Below are positions 56,016-64,000 of a DNA stretch of 64,000 nucleotides, in pieces. Source of the DNA: a virus. The notes under the pieces are model-generated. The model searched no databases. It was given only the letters and a program-made list of their open reading frames with translations, and was not told where the DNA came from. A program made the translations under genes and the position numbers. Position 1 is the stretch's first letter, and each line of letters starts with the position of its first letter. The stretch lies in IMG/VR virus record IMGVR_UViG_2718218420_000001. The stretch is one strand, 5' to 3'.

Positions 56016-57275
56016 TTGAACAAAACAACATCAGAGATGAAGCTCGTTCCGATTGCCAAACTCGTGCCGTATGCCAACAATGCGAGGACGCATTCGCCCG
56101 AGCAGATTAATAAGCTGCGCGGAAGTCTGCGCGAGTTCGGGTTCGTCAGTCCAGTCATTATCGACAAGAAGTATGGCATTCTCGCAGGACACGGACGTGT
56201 TGCGGCGGCACGGGCGGAGGGGATGGAGAGCGTACCGTGCGTCTTTGTGGATCATCTGACGGAGGCACAGAAGAAGGCATACATCCTCGCGGACAACCGT
56301 TTCGCACTTGACGCAGGGTGGGACGAAGATATGCTGCGTATCGAGATGGAAGCCCTACAAGGCATGGACTTTGACCTCTCGCTCACAGGCTTCGACGAAG
56401 CTGAAATCGCTGACCTACTCTCACTGGATGACGGTGAAGCACAGGAAGATGACTTCGATGTGGATGCAGAACTGCAAAAGCCTTGTGTTGCTCGATCGGG
56501 CGATGTCTGGCATCTCGGCAAGCACCGTATTATCTGCGGAGATTCCACTCTTTCGGAGACATACGAGCGGCTGCTCGGCGGAGAAAAGGTAAATCTCGTC
56601 TGCACGGACCCGCCATATTTTGTGGCTCTGGAAAGTTCCTCCGGGAAAATCAAGAACGATGATCTGAATGACAAGGATGCCTACGAGTTCCTGAAATCTG
56701 CCTTTATTGCCTTCCACTCGGTGATGGCGACCGATGCTTCCATCTACGTTTTCTACGCAACAGCAAAAGCCCGCATCTTTCATGACGCTTATGAGGATGC
56801 GGGCTTTAAAGTTGGCGCAGGTCTGGTGTGGAAGAAAGATCGTCTCGTTCTTACACGGACGGACTGGAAGTACATTCACGAGCCGATTATCTGGGGATGG
56901 AAGAAGGACGGTCGGCACAGATGGTATGGCGATCAGAAGCAGACCACCGTTTTTGCATTCGACCGCATTAAGGACTCGAAGAAGGATGGCTGCGGACATC
57001 CGTCCTCGAAGCCCGTGCCGCTCATCGCCTACCTTGTCAAACAGTGTACGCAGACGAACGGTATCGTTCTCGACGGATTCCTTGGCTCTGCTTCAACGCT
57101 GATTGCGTGTGACCAGTTGGGGCGTATCTGCTATGGTGTGGAACTTGAGCCGAAGTTCGTGGATGTCGCTGTTGAGCGGTACATCCAGAGCAAGGACGGC
57201 AATGCAGAAGATGTATTTTTGGAACGTGATGGTGAGCGCATTCCGTATGCGGATGTGCCAAAGGAGGGAGCATAA
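56016..57275 (+). CDS. ParB-like + DNA methyltransferase
   Basis: Paralogue of 9259-10524 (TDPPY). Confidence 0.9.
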   Translation: MNKTTSEMKLVPIAKLVPYANNARTHSPEQINKLRGSLREFGFVSPVIIDKKYGILAGHGRVAAARAEGMESVPCVFVDHLTEAQKKAYILADNRFALDAGWDEDMLRIEMEALQGMDFDLSLTGFDEAEIADLLSLDDGEAQEDDFDVDAELQKPCVARSGDVWHLGKHRIICGDSTLSETYERLLGGEKVNLVCTDPPYFVALESSSGKIKNDDLNDKDAYEFLKSAFIAFHSVMATDASIYVFYATAKARIFHDAYEDAGFKVGAGLVWKKDRLVLTRTDWKYIHEPIIWGWKKDGRHRWYGDQKQTTVFAFDRIKDSKKDGCGHPSSKPVPLIAYLVKQCTQTNGIVLDGFLGSASTLIACDQLGRICYGVELEPKFVDVAVERYIQSKDGNAEDVFLERDGERIPYADVPKEGA

Positions 57276-57814
57276 TGCGTGTGTTTTTGAATCCGGGTCA
57301 TGCGCCGGACGGGAATCCAGATCCCGGTGCGTGCGGGTATGGGCTGCGGGAATGTGATGTGGCAAAGAATGTCGCTGATCTTGCGGCGGACTATTTGAGT
57401 GCCGCAGGTGTTGAGGTGGTCAGCAACTTGCAGTCCGATAGTCTGCATGAGGTCGTTTCGGTTTCCAACTGTGCGGAAGCCGATGTGTTTATCTCCATCC
57501 ACTGCAATGCGTGCAACGGTGTGGCACAGGGGACGGAGGTCTGGCACCACTACGGTAGCGGCGAGGGGGAGAAACTGGCACAGTGCATCCAGAACCAAAT
57601 TGTGGATGCGCTCGGAACTGTGGATCGAGGTACAAAGGGAGCGAAGCCCGGTGTCAACGGTTTGTACGTTCTGAGCAACACGGATGCGGTCGCTGTGCTC
57701 GTGGAGCTTGCGTTTATTGACCATGAAGGGGATGCAGGATTGCTTCGCAGCCGGCAGGATGAATTTGCCCGTGCCATTGCGCGTGGGATAACGGACTATG
57801 AAGGAGAGTGTTGA
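57275..57814 (+). CDS. N-acetylmuramoyl-L-alanine amidase
   Basis: Paralogue of 10524-11063. Confidence 0.9.
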   Translation: MRVFLNPGHAPDGNPDPGACGYGLRECDVAKNVADLAADYLSAAGVEVVSNLQSDSLHEVVSVSNCAEADVFISIHCNACNGVAQGTEVWHHYGSGEGEKLAQCIQNQIVDALGTVDRGTKGAKPGVNGLYVLSNTDAVAVLVELAFIDHEGDAGLLRSRQDEFARAIARGITDYEGEC

Positions 57815-58098
57815 AGATGAAACTGGAACACATTCAAAACGAACTGAAGAATCATGTGGGGGATTTTGTACGGACGGAGGCAAAGGAAGCGACCGTCCTC
57901 TGGCTGCATGAGAAAGGACTCCCGGCAGCGCGTGAGGTGTCGGCGGCATACACGGCAGCACTGAAGGAGAGCGCGGAGAAGGAGACGGGATGGTGCAGAT
58001 TCCGCGACCGCATCTTCCTGCCGCTCGTCATTGACGGCGCGATCTGGATGACGGGCAAGATGCTCGAGCGCATGACCACTCCTCATTCTGTGAAATGA
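57808..58098 (+). CDS. Hypothetical protein
   Basis: Paralogue of 11057-11347. Confidence 0.6.
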   Translation: MLKMKLEHIQNELKNHVGDFVRTEAKEATVLWLHEKGLPAAREVSAAYTAALKESAEKETGWCRFRDRIFLPLVIDGAIWMTGKMLERMTTPHSVK

Positions 58099-58215
58099 TG
58101 ACACGCTGTGGTTTATCTCACTGAGGCTATGGTGTATACAACACAATTTGCTTGCTAATTATCCCGGCTAGAGTGATGAATGTAATGACCAAAGTTCATA
58201 AAGGAGGTTTTCAAA

Positions 58216-59106
58216 ATGAAGGTCAATTACAACATCCAGAAGGAAGAGCGCAAGGCGATGGTCGGGATTGTGGGAAAGGTGCTCGAGACAAAGCCCGCCT
58301 ACTGCGGCGCACCGAGCTTTTCCTACAAGGTCGGCGCGTTCGAGATCACGAAGGCGGGCATCCTTTGCTTCGACGATGCCACCGACGAAGCGACTGTTGC
58401 GCGTGTGCGCACGGCACTGCGTGAGGCGGGCTTCATGTCCGAGGACGGCGAGAACAAGGCTTCCTGCGCGGACACAGGGGAAGACAAGCCGATCCAGACG
58501 GAAGCGGCAGAGGATGAACTCGCCGCAGTAGAAACGGCAGAGATCGAGCCGAGCCAGACGAAAACAGCTGCGGATGAGCCGACCGTAGTAGAAACGGAAG
58601 CAGACAAGCAGATTCAGACGGAAACGGCAGCAGAAGTTGCTCCGACTGAGGAAGCCGTCGCGGAATCCGGCGAGGACAGCCTTTCCATCAGCCTTCCACG
58701 TAGCCTTTTCACCGAAACGGCACTGCAGAATCTCGACGCACTCCTTCTGAGCAAGGGGCGGCTCATTCGTCACGCCTTCGACATCAAAGAGGCAACCTAT
58801 ACGCTGACCGACGACCGCATCACCTTCGCGTGGCTGCACGGCACAATCACCGACGAGACGGCAAAGGCTTATGCTGAATTCATCAGTAAGTTCTGCCAGA
58901 TGGCGCGTACGCAGAAGCGCGTCACGGCGAAGAAGAAGATTGTGGACAATGAGAAATACGCTTTCCGCTGCTTTCTCCTGCGCCTTGGTATGATCGGAAA
59001 CGCCTACAAACAGTCGCGTAAGATTCTCCTGCAGAACCTTACGGGCAGCAGTGCATTCAAAAGTGGACATCGGAAGGAGGTTGTGGATCATGCGATTTCC
59101 GAGTAG
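58216..59106 (+). CDS. Phage 'virulence-related' protein
   Basis: Paralogue of 11466-12296 with a longer acidic linker. Confidence 0.75.
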   Translation: MKVNYNIQKEERKAMVGIVGKVLETKPAYCGAPSFSYKVGAFEITKAGILCFDDATDEATVARVRTALREAGFMSEDGENKASCADTGEDKPIQTEAAEDELAAVETAEIEPSQTKTAADEPTVVETEADKQIQTETAAEVAPTEEAVAESGEDSLSISLPRSLFTETALQNLDALLLSKGRLIRHAFDIKEATYTLTDDRITFAWLHGTITDETAKAYAEFISKFCQMARTQKRVTAKKKIVDNEKYAFRCFLLRLGMIGNAYKQSRKILLQNLTGSSAFKSGHRKEVVDHAISE

Positions 59107-59326
59107 GGAGCAGATCGCCGCACTTCGAGAGCGGTATCCGCGCGGGACGAAGGTGGAACTCCTTGCGATGGACGATCCGCAAGCTCCACCGATGAGAACG
59201 ATGGGCGAGATTATGGGCATTGACGATGCGGGGCAGCTTCTTGTCCGATGGGAGACGGGCTCCTCGCTCAGTTTGATCCCCGGCGTGGACTTATTCCGCA
59301 TTATGCAGAAGGGCGGTCAGTCATGA
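59090..59326 (+). CDS. DUF4314 domain protein
   Basis: Paralogue of 12280-12516. Confidence 0.8.
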   Translation: MRFPSREQIAALRERYPRGTKVELLAMDDPQAPPMRTMGEIMGIDDAGQLLVRWETGSSLSLIPGVDLFRIMQKGGQS

Positions 59327-59499
59327 ACGAGAAGGTTTTCGCACAGATCATAGACATCTGCAATTCGGGGCGAGTGAATATGTTCGACGTTCCCGGTGTT
59401 CAGCGCATTGCATTTGAGAAGGGCTTCTACGAACTGGTCTGCTTCATCGAGGAAGACCGTGCGGCGTATGTACGATTTATCCTCATGGGTGGAAAATAG
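59323..59499 (+). CDS. DUF5049 domain protein
   Basis: Paralogue of 12513-12689. Confidence 0.8.
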   Translation: MNEKVFAQIIDICNSGRVNMFDVPGVQRIAFEKGFYELVCFIEEDRAAYVRFILMGGK

Positions 59500-59659
59500 C
59501 CGATGATTCTAGCGATTCAGCACAGCCTTTCGGGGCTGTGTTTCTCTCGAAAAATAAGTGTAGTTTATCCAAAATATGACTTGCTATATCCTGCGTTTAG
59601 AGACATATATGTACATGACCGAAGGGAACAACCTACACACAGAAAGCGAGGAACACAAA

Positions 59660-59938
59660 ATGAGAAAAGCAGAAGCAAGATGGCCGAAGACCACCACGAT
59701 GGAGCACCTCGATGAGATGCGGTTCGGAACGAGCGGCGCGATCCTTTGCTACGGCGAGCAGATCCTTGTCGTCGGGATGGAGTGCTGGGGCTTCCACGCA
59801 GCCATCTACGAGATGGTCGAAACGCCGGAGGAGACGGGACTTGCGGACATCGAATGCCGCCTGAACCTCGTCGAAGCCGCCACGGAGCTTTTCGAGGACG
59901 GCGGACACGCGATGGCTTGGTGCATGAAGCGCATCTAA
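59660..59938 (+). CDS. Hypothetical phage protein
   Basis: Identical to 12850-13128. Confidence 0.65.
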   Translation: MRKAEARWPKTTTMEHLDEMRFGTSGAILCYGEQILVVGMECWGFHAAIYEMVETPEETGLADIECRLNLVEAATELFEDGGHAMAWCMKRI

Positions 59939-60033
59939 GCCGCACCAAACAACAAAACAGCCCTTCGGGGCTGCTTCTCGTTTCTGTGTTTTTGAGTCGC
60001 TGACAGCGGCTCTTTTTTGATGGGGGTGATTGC

Positions 60034-61635
60034 TTGCGAAAACTGACGGACTACACACCAACGAAGTTCATGGCAGAGGACGCGCACTATGACAAAGCCG
60101 CTGCGGATTATGCCGTAGGCTTTATCGAGTGTCTGCGCCATACGAAGGGGACGTGGGCAGGAAAGCCCTTCGAACTCATCGACTGGCAGGAGCGCATTAT
60201 CCGAGACATCTTTGGAATTTTGAAGCCGAATGGCTATCGTCAGTTCAACACGGCGTATGTTGAGCTGCCCAAGAAGCAAGGAAAATCAGAGCTTGCCGCC
60301 GCCGTTGCACTGCTTCTCTGTTGTGGCGATGGCGAGGAGCGTGCCGAGGTGTACGGCTGTGCCGCTGATCGTCAGCAGGCGAGTATCGTATTCGAGGTCG
60401 CAGCAGATATGGTGCGTATGTGTCCCGCACTCAGCAAGCGGGTGAAGATCCTTGCCTCCCAGAAGCGGATGGTGTATCTGCCGACGAACAGTTTCTATCA
60501 GGTACTTTCGGCAGAGGCATACTCGAAGCACGGCTTCAATATTCACGGCGTTGTGTTTGATGAGCTGCACACGCAGCCGAACCGCAAGCTCTTTGATGTC
60601 ATGACAAAAGGATCCGGCGATGCGCGTATGCAGCCGCTCTACTTTCTCATCACCACAGCAGGGACGGATACGCAGTCCATCTGCTACGAGACGCACCAGA
60701 AAGCAAAAGACATTCTGGAAGGGAGAAAGATTGATCCGACCTTCTATCCTGTAATTTACGGAGCGAAGGAGGATGAGGACTGGACAGACCCGGAGGTCTG
60801 GAAGCGCTCGAATCCGTCGCTCGGCATCACGGTCGGTATCGACAAGGTACAGGCGGCTTGTGACTCTGCACGGCAGAATCCTGCCGAGGAGAACAGCTTC
60901 CGTCAGCTGCGCCTGAATCAGTGGGTGAAGCAGTCCGTTCGGTGGATGCCGATGGATAAGTGGGATGCGTGTTCCGCCCCTGTTGACGCTGAGTCCTTAG
61001 AGGGCCGTGTCTGCTACGGCGGTCTTGACCTTTCCTCTACGATGGACATTACGGCGTTTGTACTCGTGTTCCCTCCGACGGAGGAGGATGATCCGTTTGC
61101 CGTGCTTCCGTACTTCTGGATTCCCGAGGAGAATATCGACCTGCGTGTACAGCGCGACCATGTTCCCTATGACGTGTGGGAGAGGCAGGGCTACCTGCAA
61201 ACGACAGAGGGAAATGTAGTTCACTACGGATTTATCGAGGCGTTCATTGAGCGACTTGGTGAGAAGTACAACATTCGCGAGATTGCCTTCGACCGCTGGG
61301 GCGCAGTGCAGATGGTACAGAATCTCGAAGGGATGGGCTTCACCGTTGTTCCATTCGGGCAGGGCTTCAAGGATATGAGTCCGCCGACCAAGGAGCTGAT
61401 GAAGCTGACCTTGGAAAAGAAAATAGCGCACGGCGGGAATCCCGTCATGCGCTGGATGGCAGACAACATCTTCATTCGCACTGACCCTGCGGGGAACATC
61501 AAGGCGGACAAGGAGAAGTCCACCGAGAAGATCGACGGCGTAATTGCCCTCATCATGGCTCTGGATCGTGCGATTCGCTGTGGGAATGATACCTCCGCGT
61601 CTGTTTATGATGAGCGAGGAATTTTGTTGCTCTGA
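60034..61635 (+). CDS. terL: Terminase large subunit
   Basis: Identical protein to 13224-14825. Confidence 0.95.
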   Translation: MRKLTDYTPTKFMAEDAHYDKAAADYAVGFIECLRHTKGTWAGKPFELIDWQERIIRDIFGILKPNGYRQFNTAYVELPKKQGKSELAAAVALLLCCGDGEERAEVYGCAADRQQASIVFEVAADMVRMCPALSKRVKILASQKRMVYLPTNSFYQVLSAEAYSKHGFNIHGVVFDELHTQPNRKLFDVMTKGSGDARMQPLYFLITTAGTDTQSICYETHQKAKDILEGRKIDPTFYPVIYGAKEDEDWTDPEVWKRSNPSLGITVGIDKVQAACDSARQNPAEENSFRQLRLNQWVKQSVRWMPMDKWDACSAPVDAESLEGRVCYGGLDLSSTMDITAFVLVFPPTEEDDPFAVLPYFWIPEENIDLRVQRDHVPYDVWERQGYLQTTEGNVVHYGFIEAFIERLGEKYNIREIAFDRWGAVQMVQNLEGMGFTVVPFGQGFKDMSPPTKELMKLTLEKKIAHGGNPVMRWMADNIFIRTDPAGNIKADKEKSTEKIDGVIALIMALDRAIRCGNDTSASVYDERGILLL

Positions 61636-61660
61636 TGTCTGAATCGTGTTATTCTGAGAA

Positions 61661-61935
61661 TGTCAAAGAATAGATGGGCAAGGGGCAGCTCCACTTTCCC
61701 TCCTGTTTTTGCAGTAATGCATAATGACCGCGACCGCCACAATAGAGCCTCTGTTGAGTTGACCGGGCGGATCATTTTCTTTGATGCGCACTTGCGCGTG
61801 ATGGGAGGCGTTCATTGTGGAAGCCTTGCATGTCTGCGTATGCGTGCTCTTGTCTCCGCCCTGAAATAAGGGGACCGAGCGACCCATCACAAAATCGCAC
61901 TTTGACGTCTACCGATCTTGGTAGACGTTGTTTTT
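61661..61935 (+). ncRNA. Second copy of the candidate structured ncRNA
   Basis: Identical to 14851-15125. Confidence 0.45.
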
Positions 61936-61971
61936 ATGTGCAGGAGCGAGGGCTTTGAGCACGTTCTATGC

Positions 61972-62955
61972 TTATCGATAATACTCCTTTAGCTGATCCA
62001 AACTTAAGTCAAGGCCACATTTTCTAAGGGCTTCAATGCGCTCATAATATAGCTTCTCCAAAATAGGTTCTTTATCCTCGAATCTACCATAATGAAGCAA
62101 ATTATGACAATGGCTACAAAGAGATACAATGTTTTCCATTACATCCAGACTATAGTTAAAATCTTTGTATCTGCTAATAGGGATGAGATGATGTGGCTCA
62201 GTATAACCCTTGCCATTTTTTCTTAGGAAGATTCTATCCTCAGCATTTACTTCACAAATATAGCCAGCACGCTTTAATGCATCGGCTGCTCGTTTTGGAT
62301 CTCTTTTTGGCAGCTCCCTTCCTGTCGTGGATGATGTTGTAGTTTCCTGTGGGGCCATTTCACCGGACCATTCAGGGGGCTCTGTTTCATCGTCAAGTAA
62401 GCTGTTGATCTCTTCTTGCTCTATGACATTATATTCAGGATCTTTATCGCCTAGAATTTCTGTTAATGCGGCTTGAATCGTTTTAAGTAGGCCCGTCTCC
62501 TTTTGAATTGCAGCAGCTTTCTCAAGAATAAATACTGCATGTTCAGGTGCAAGGTGACACATGTACTGTTGCTTGCCTCTTCCACTGACCATGAACGCAC
62601 TGTCTTTTTGGTAATGCTGGCTGAACCATTCTTTATAGTTGGTAATTTTTAGAGGTGTATCAAAAGTGAAGTAACTTGTATCGATCCGATACCCTTCGTT
62701 ATCCCAATCTACAGATGTATTTGCTGCTTTTAGTGCCGCTGGTTGCATCGCTTCATAACAATCGACCTGAGCAATACTGATTGCCATAATCTTTGTGTTT
62801 GAGTTATGTAGAATAAAATCTCCTTTTTTTACATGCGTCATCGTTGTATAGCCAGCATTATTTTTACCGGATTTATTTCTTTGCGGGGACCATACATATC
62901 CTCCAGAACATTCTTCATTATACGTTTCCCCTTGAAACACATAAAAGACAGCCAT
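61972..62955 (-). CDS. EVE/PUA-like + HNH endonuclease
   Basis: Identical to 15162-16145. Confidence 0.7.
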   Translation of the reverse strand: MAVFYVFQGETYNEECSGGYVWSPQRNKSGKNNAGYTTMTHVKKGDFILHNSNTKIMAISIAQVDCYEAMQPAALKAANTSVDWDNEGYRIDTSYFTFDTPLKITNYKEWFSQHYQKDSAFMVSGRGKQQYMCHLAPEHAVFILEKAAAIQKETGLLKTIQAALTEILGDKDPEYNVIEQEEINSLLDDETEPPEWSGEMAPQETTTSSTTGRELPKRDPKRAADALKRAGYICEVNAEDRIFLRKNGKGYTEPHHLIPISRYKDFNYSLDVMENIVSLCSHCHNLLHYGRFEDKEPILEKLYYERIEALRKCGLDLSLDQLKEYYR

Positions 62956-62975
62956 GATTACCCTCCTGAAAATAG

Positions 62976-63467
62976 CTATTGTATCGTTTCTTTTTGATCG
63001 CTAGGATATGGCATTCCGGATATTTGCTCATAAACAATGTTGAACATACTTCGCGCGTAAAGATGGTAGTGCTCTATATATTCTGTATAGCCATATTGCT
63101 CAATATATCTCTGACCTTCGGACTCACTATAGGATTGGAGTGTGATCCATTCTCCATTTTCATAAACTTGTGGAGGTTGCGTTCGATTTTTCCTAAAGCG
63201 AAATGTTCGTGTTTGATATGTGCTGGTATCACCGGTTATATCCATCGTATACGCAATATATCCAGATGAGCAGGTCTCGTATGTTTCATCCTCATCGTTG
63301 TAGGTACAGGAAATTAAATCTACGTATTCGCAATAGTTGGCATGGGCATAAGAGAGCCGATAGTTTGGATTGTTATCCAGATATTGGGGGATAGCCTCGA
63401 CATGAGCGGACACAGAAATAAGCGAAAAGATAACGAGCAAGAATGGGTATCGGAGTAATTTGTTCAT
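62976..63467 (-). CDS. Secreted hypothetical moron protein
   Basis: Paralogue of 16166-16657; differs only near the signal peptide. Confidence 0.7.
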   Translation of the reverse strand: MNKLLRYPFLLVIFSLISVSAHVEAIPQYLDNNPNYRLSYAHANYCEYVDLISCTYNDEDETYETCSSGYIAYTMDITGDTSTYQTRTFRFRKNRTQPPQVYENGEWITLQSYSESEGQRYIEQYGYTEYIEHYHLYARSMFNIVYEQISGMPYPSDQKETIQ

Positions 63468-63540
63468 AAGATCATCTCCTTTATGGAGAGATTTCGTTAA
63501 ACAGGAAAAAAATCCTTTTTATAAAGAATGGATGGTGTAT

Positions 63541-64000
63541 ATGAATCTATTCAGCAAACTCTTCCGTTCGCGGGACAAGCCCAGAAATCATCTTGGCGGC
63601 TTGTCCTTTTTGTTTGGGCAGACTGCGGCGGGCAAGGCGGTCAACGAGCGAACGGCAATGCAGACAACGGCAGTCTATGCTTGTGTGCGCATCCTCGCCG
63701 AATCCATCGCAGGATTGCCGCTTCACGTTTACGCATACAAAGGACAGGGCAAGGAGCGTGTGTCGGAGCACCCGCTATACTTTCTGCTCCACGATGCACC
63801 GAATCCCGAGATGACCTCCTTTATATTTCGCGAAACCATGATGAGTCATCTCCTCCTGTGGGGGAATGCCTACGCACAAATTTTGCGGGATGGCAGAGGT
63901 TCGGTCATCGGACTCTATCCGCTTCTCCCGGACAAGATGGAAGTCAGCCGTGACAGCCGCACGGGTGAGCTTTACTACACCTACGCGAGAACTACGGAGG
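63541..64000 (+). CDS. Portal protein, 5' part (runs off the window)
   Basis: ATGAATCTATTCAGC... homologous to 16731. Confidence 0.9.
   Translation, partial: MNLFSKLFRSRDKPRNHLGGLSFLFGQTAAGKAVNERTAMQTTAVYACVRILAESIAGLPLHVYAYKGQGKERVSEHPLYFLLHDAPNPEMTSFIFRETMMSHLLLWGNAYAQILRDGRGSVIGLYPLLPDKMEVSRDSRTGELYYTYARTTE

Larger units (their letters stand above)
38627..64000 (+). mobile_element. Prophage 2 integrated in comM (attL about 38626); continues beyond the window
   Basis: comM homology ends at 38626 with an abrupt GC drop; defence cargo, sigma-like gene, replication and packaging genes follow. Confidence 0.85.

Noticed and set aside
38627..64000. Avoidance of CTCGAG in the prophage carrying the PaeR7I-like R-M (a site at 9234 in terS of prophage 1 is absent from terS of prophage 2)
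   Set aside because: Prophage 2 has CTCGAG at 50282, 58063 and 58282, two of them absent from prophage 1, so there is no avoidance signal.

Overview
The window holds two related temperate HK97-fold siphoprophages in tandem. The host is probably Selenomonas or another Negativicute, inferred from gene content and codon style. Prophage 1 (<1 to about 34.2 kb) carries DUF2800/DUF2815 (inverted relative to the rest), a VirE primase, VRR-NUC and SNF2 for replication. It continues with a late activator, HNH/terS/ParB-MTase/amidase/terL, a complete head-tail module with a -1 frameshifted tail chaperone, a holin, and a SHOCT gene plus two large serine recombinases. A short scrambled spacer follows: a WYL gene fragment, a dead 5' comM duplicate cut by an IS3 that has no target duplication, an IS30-like stub and a cupin gene. 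Prophage 2 (about 38.63 kb to >64 kb) interrupts comM at the AAMN|PCPCG motif. Its left end carries a HEPN/AbiU2-like gene, a PaeR7I/XhoI-like R-M pair, an alkA-like remnant, an XRE gene and an ABC-three-component (Lamassu-like) SMC system. That system sits head-to-head with a phage sigma-like gene, where a CI repressor would be expected. Prophage 2 has a different replication module (Gp157, AAA_24, DUF669, helicase, AAA_25 primase, RusA) joined to the same late module. The main candidates are: (1) the Lamassu-like sensor with no evident catalytic effector in the lysogeny-switch position; (2) two highly structured candidate ncRNAs, one in the sigma leader and one between terL and portal with its own promoter and terminator; (3) different activator/10-bp-period operator cassettes fused to one shared late promoter; (4) an apparently identical 3.85-kb tract shared by both prophages that includes an EVE/PUA-HNH nuclease. 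All family assignments come from motif recognition by eye; no database searches were run.
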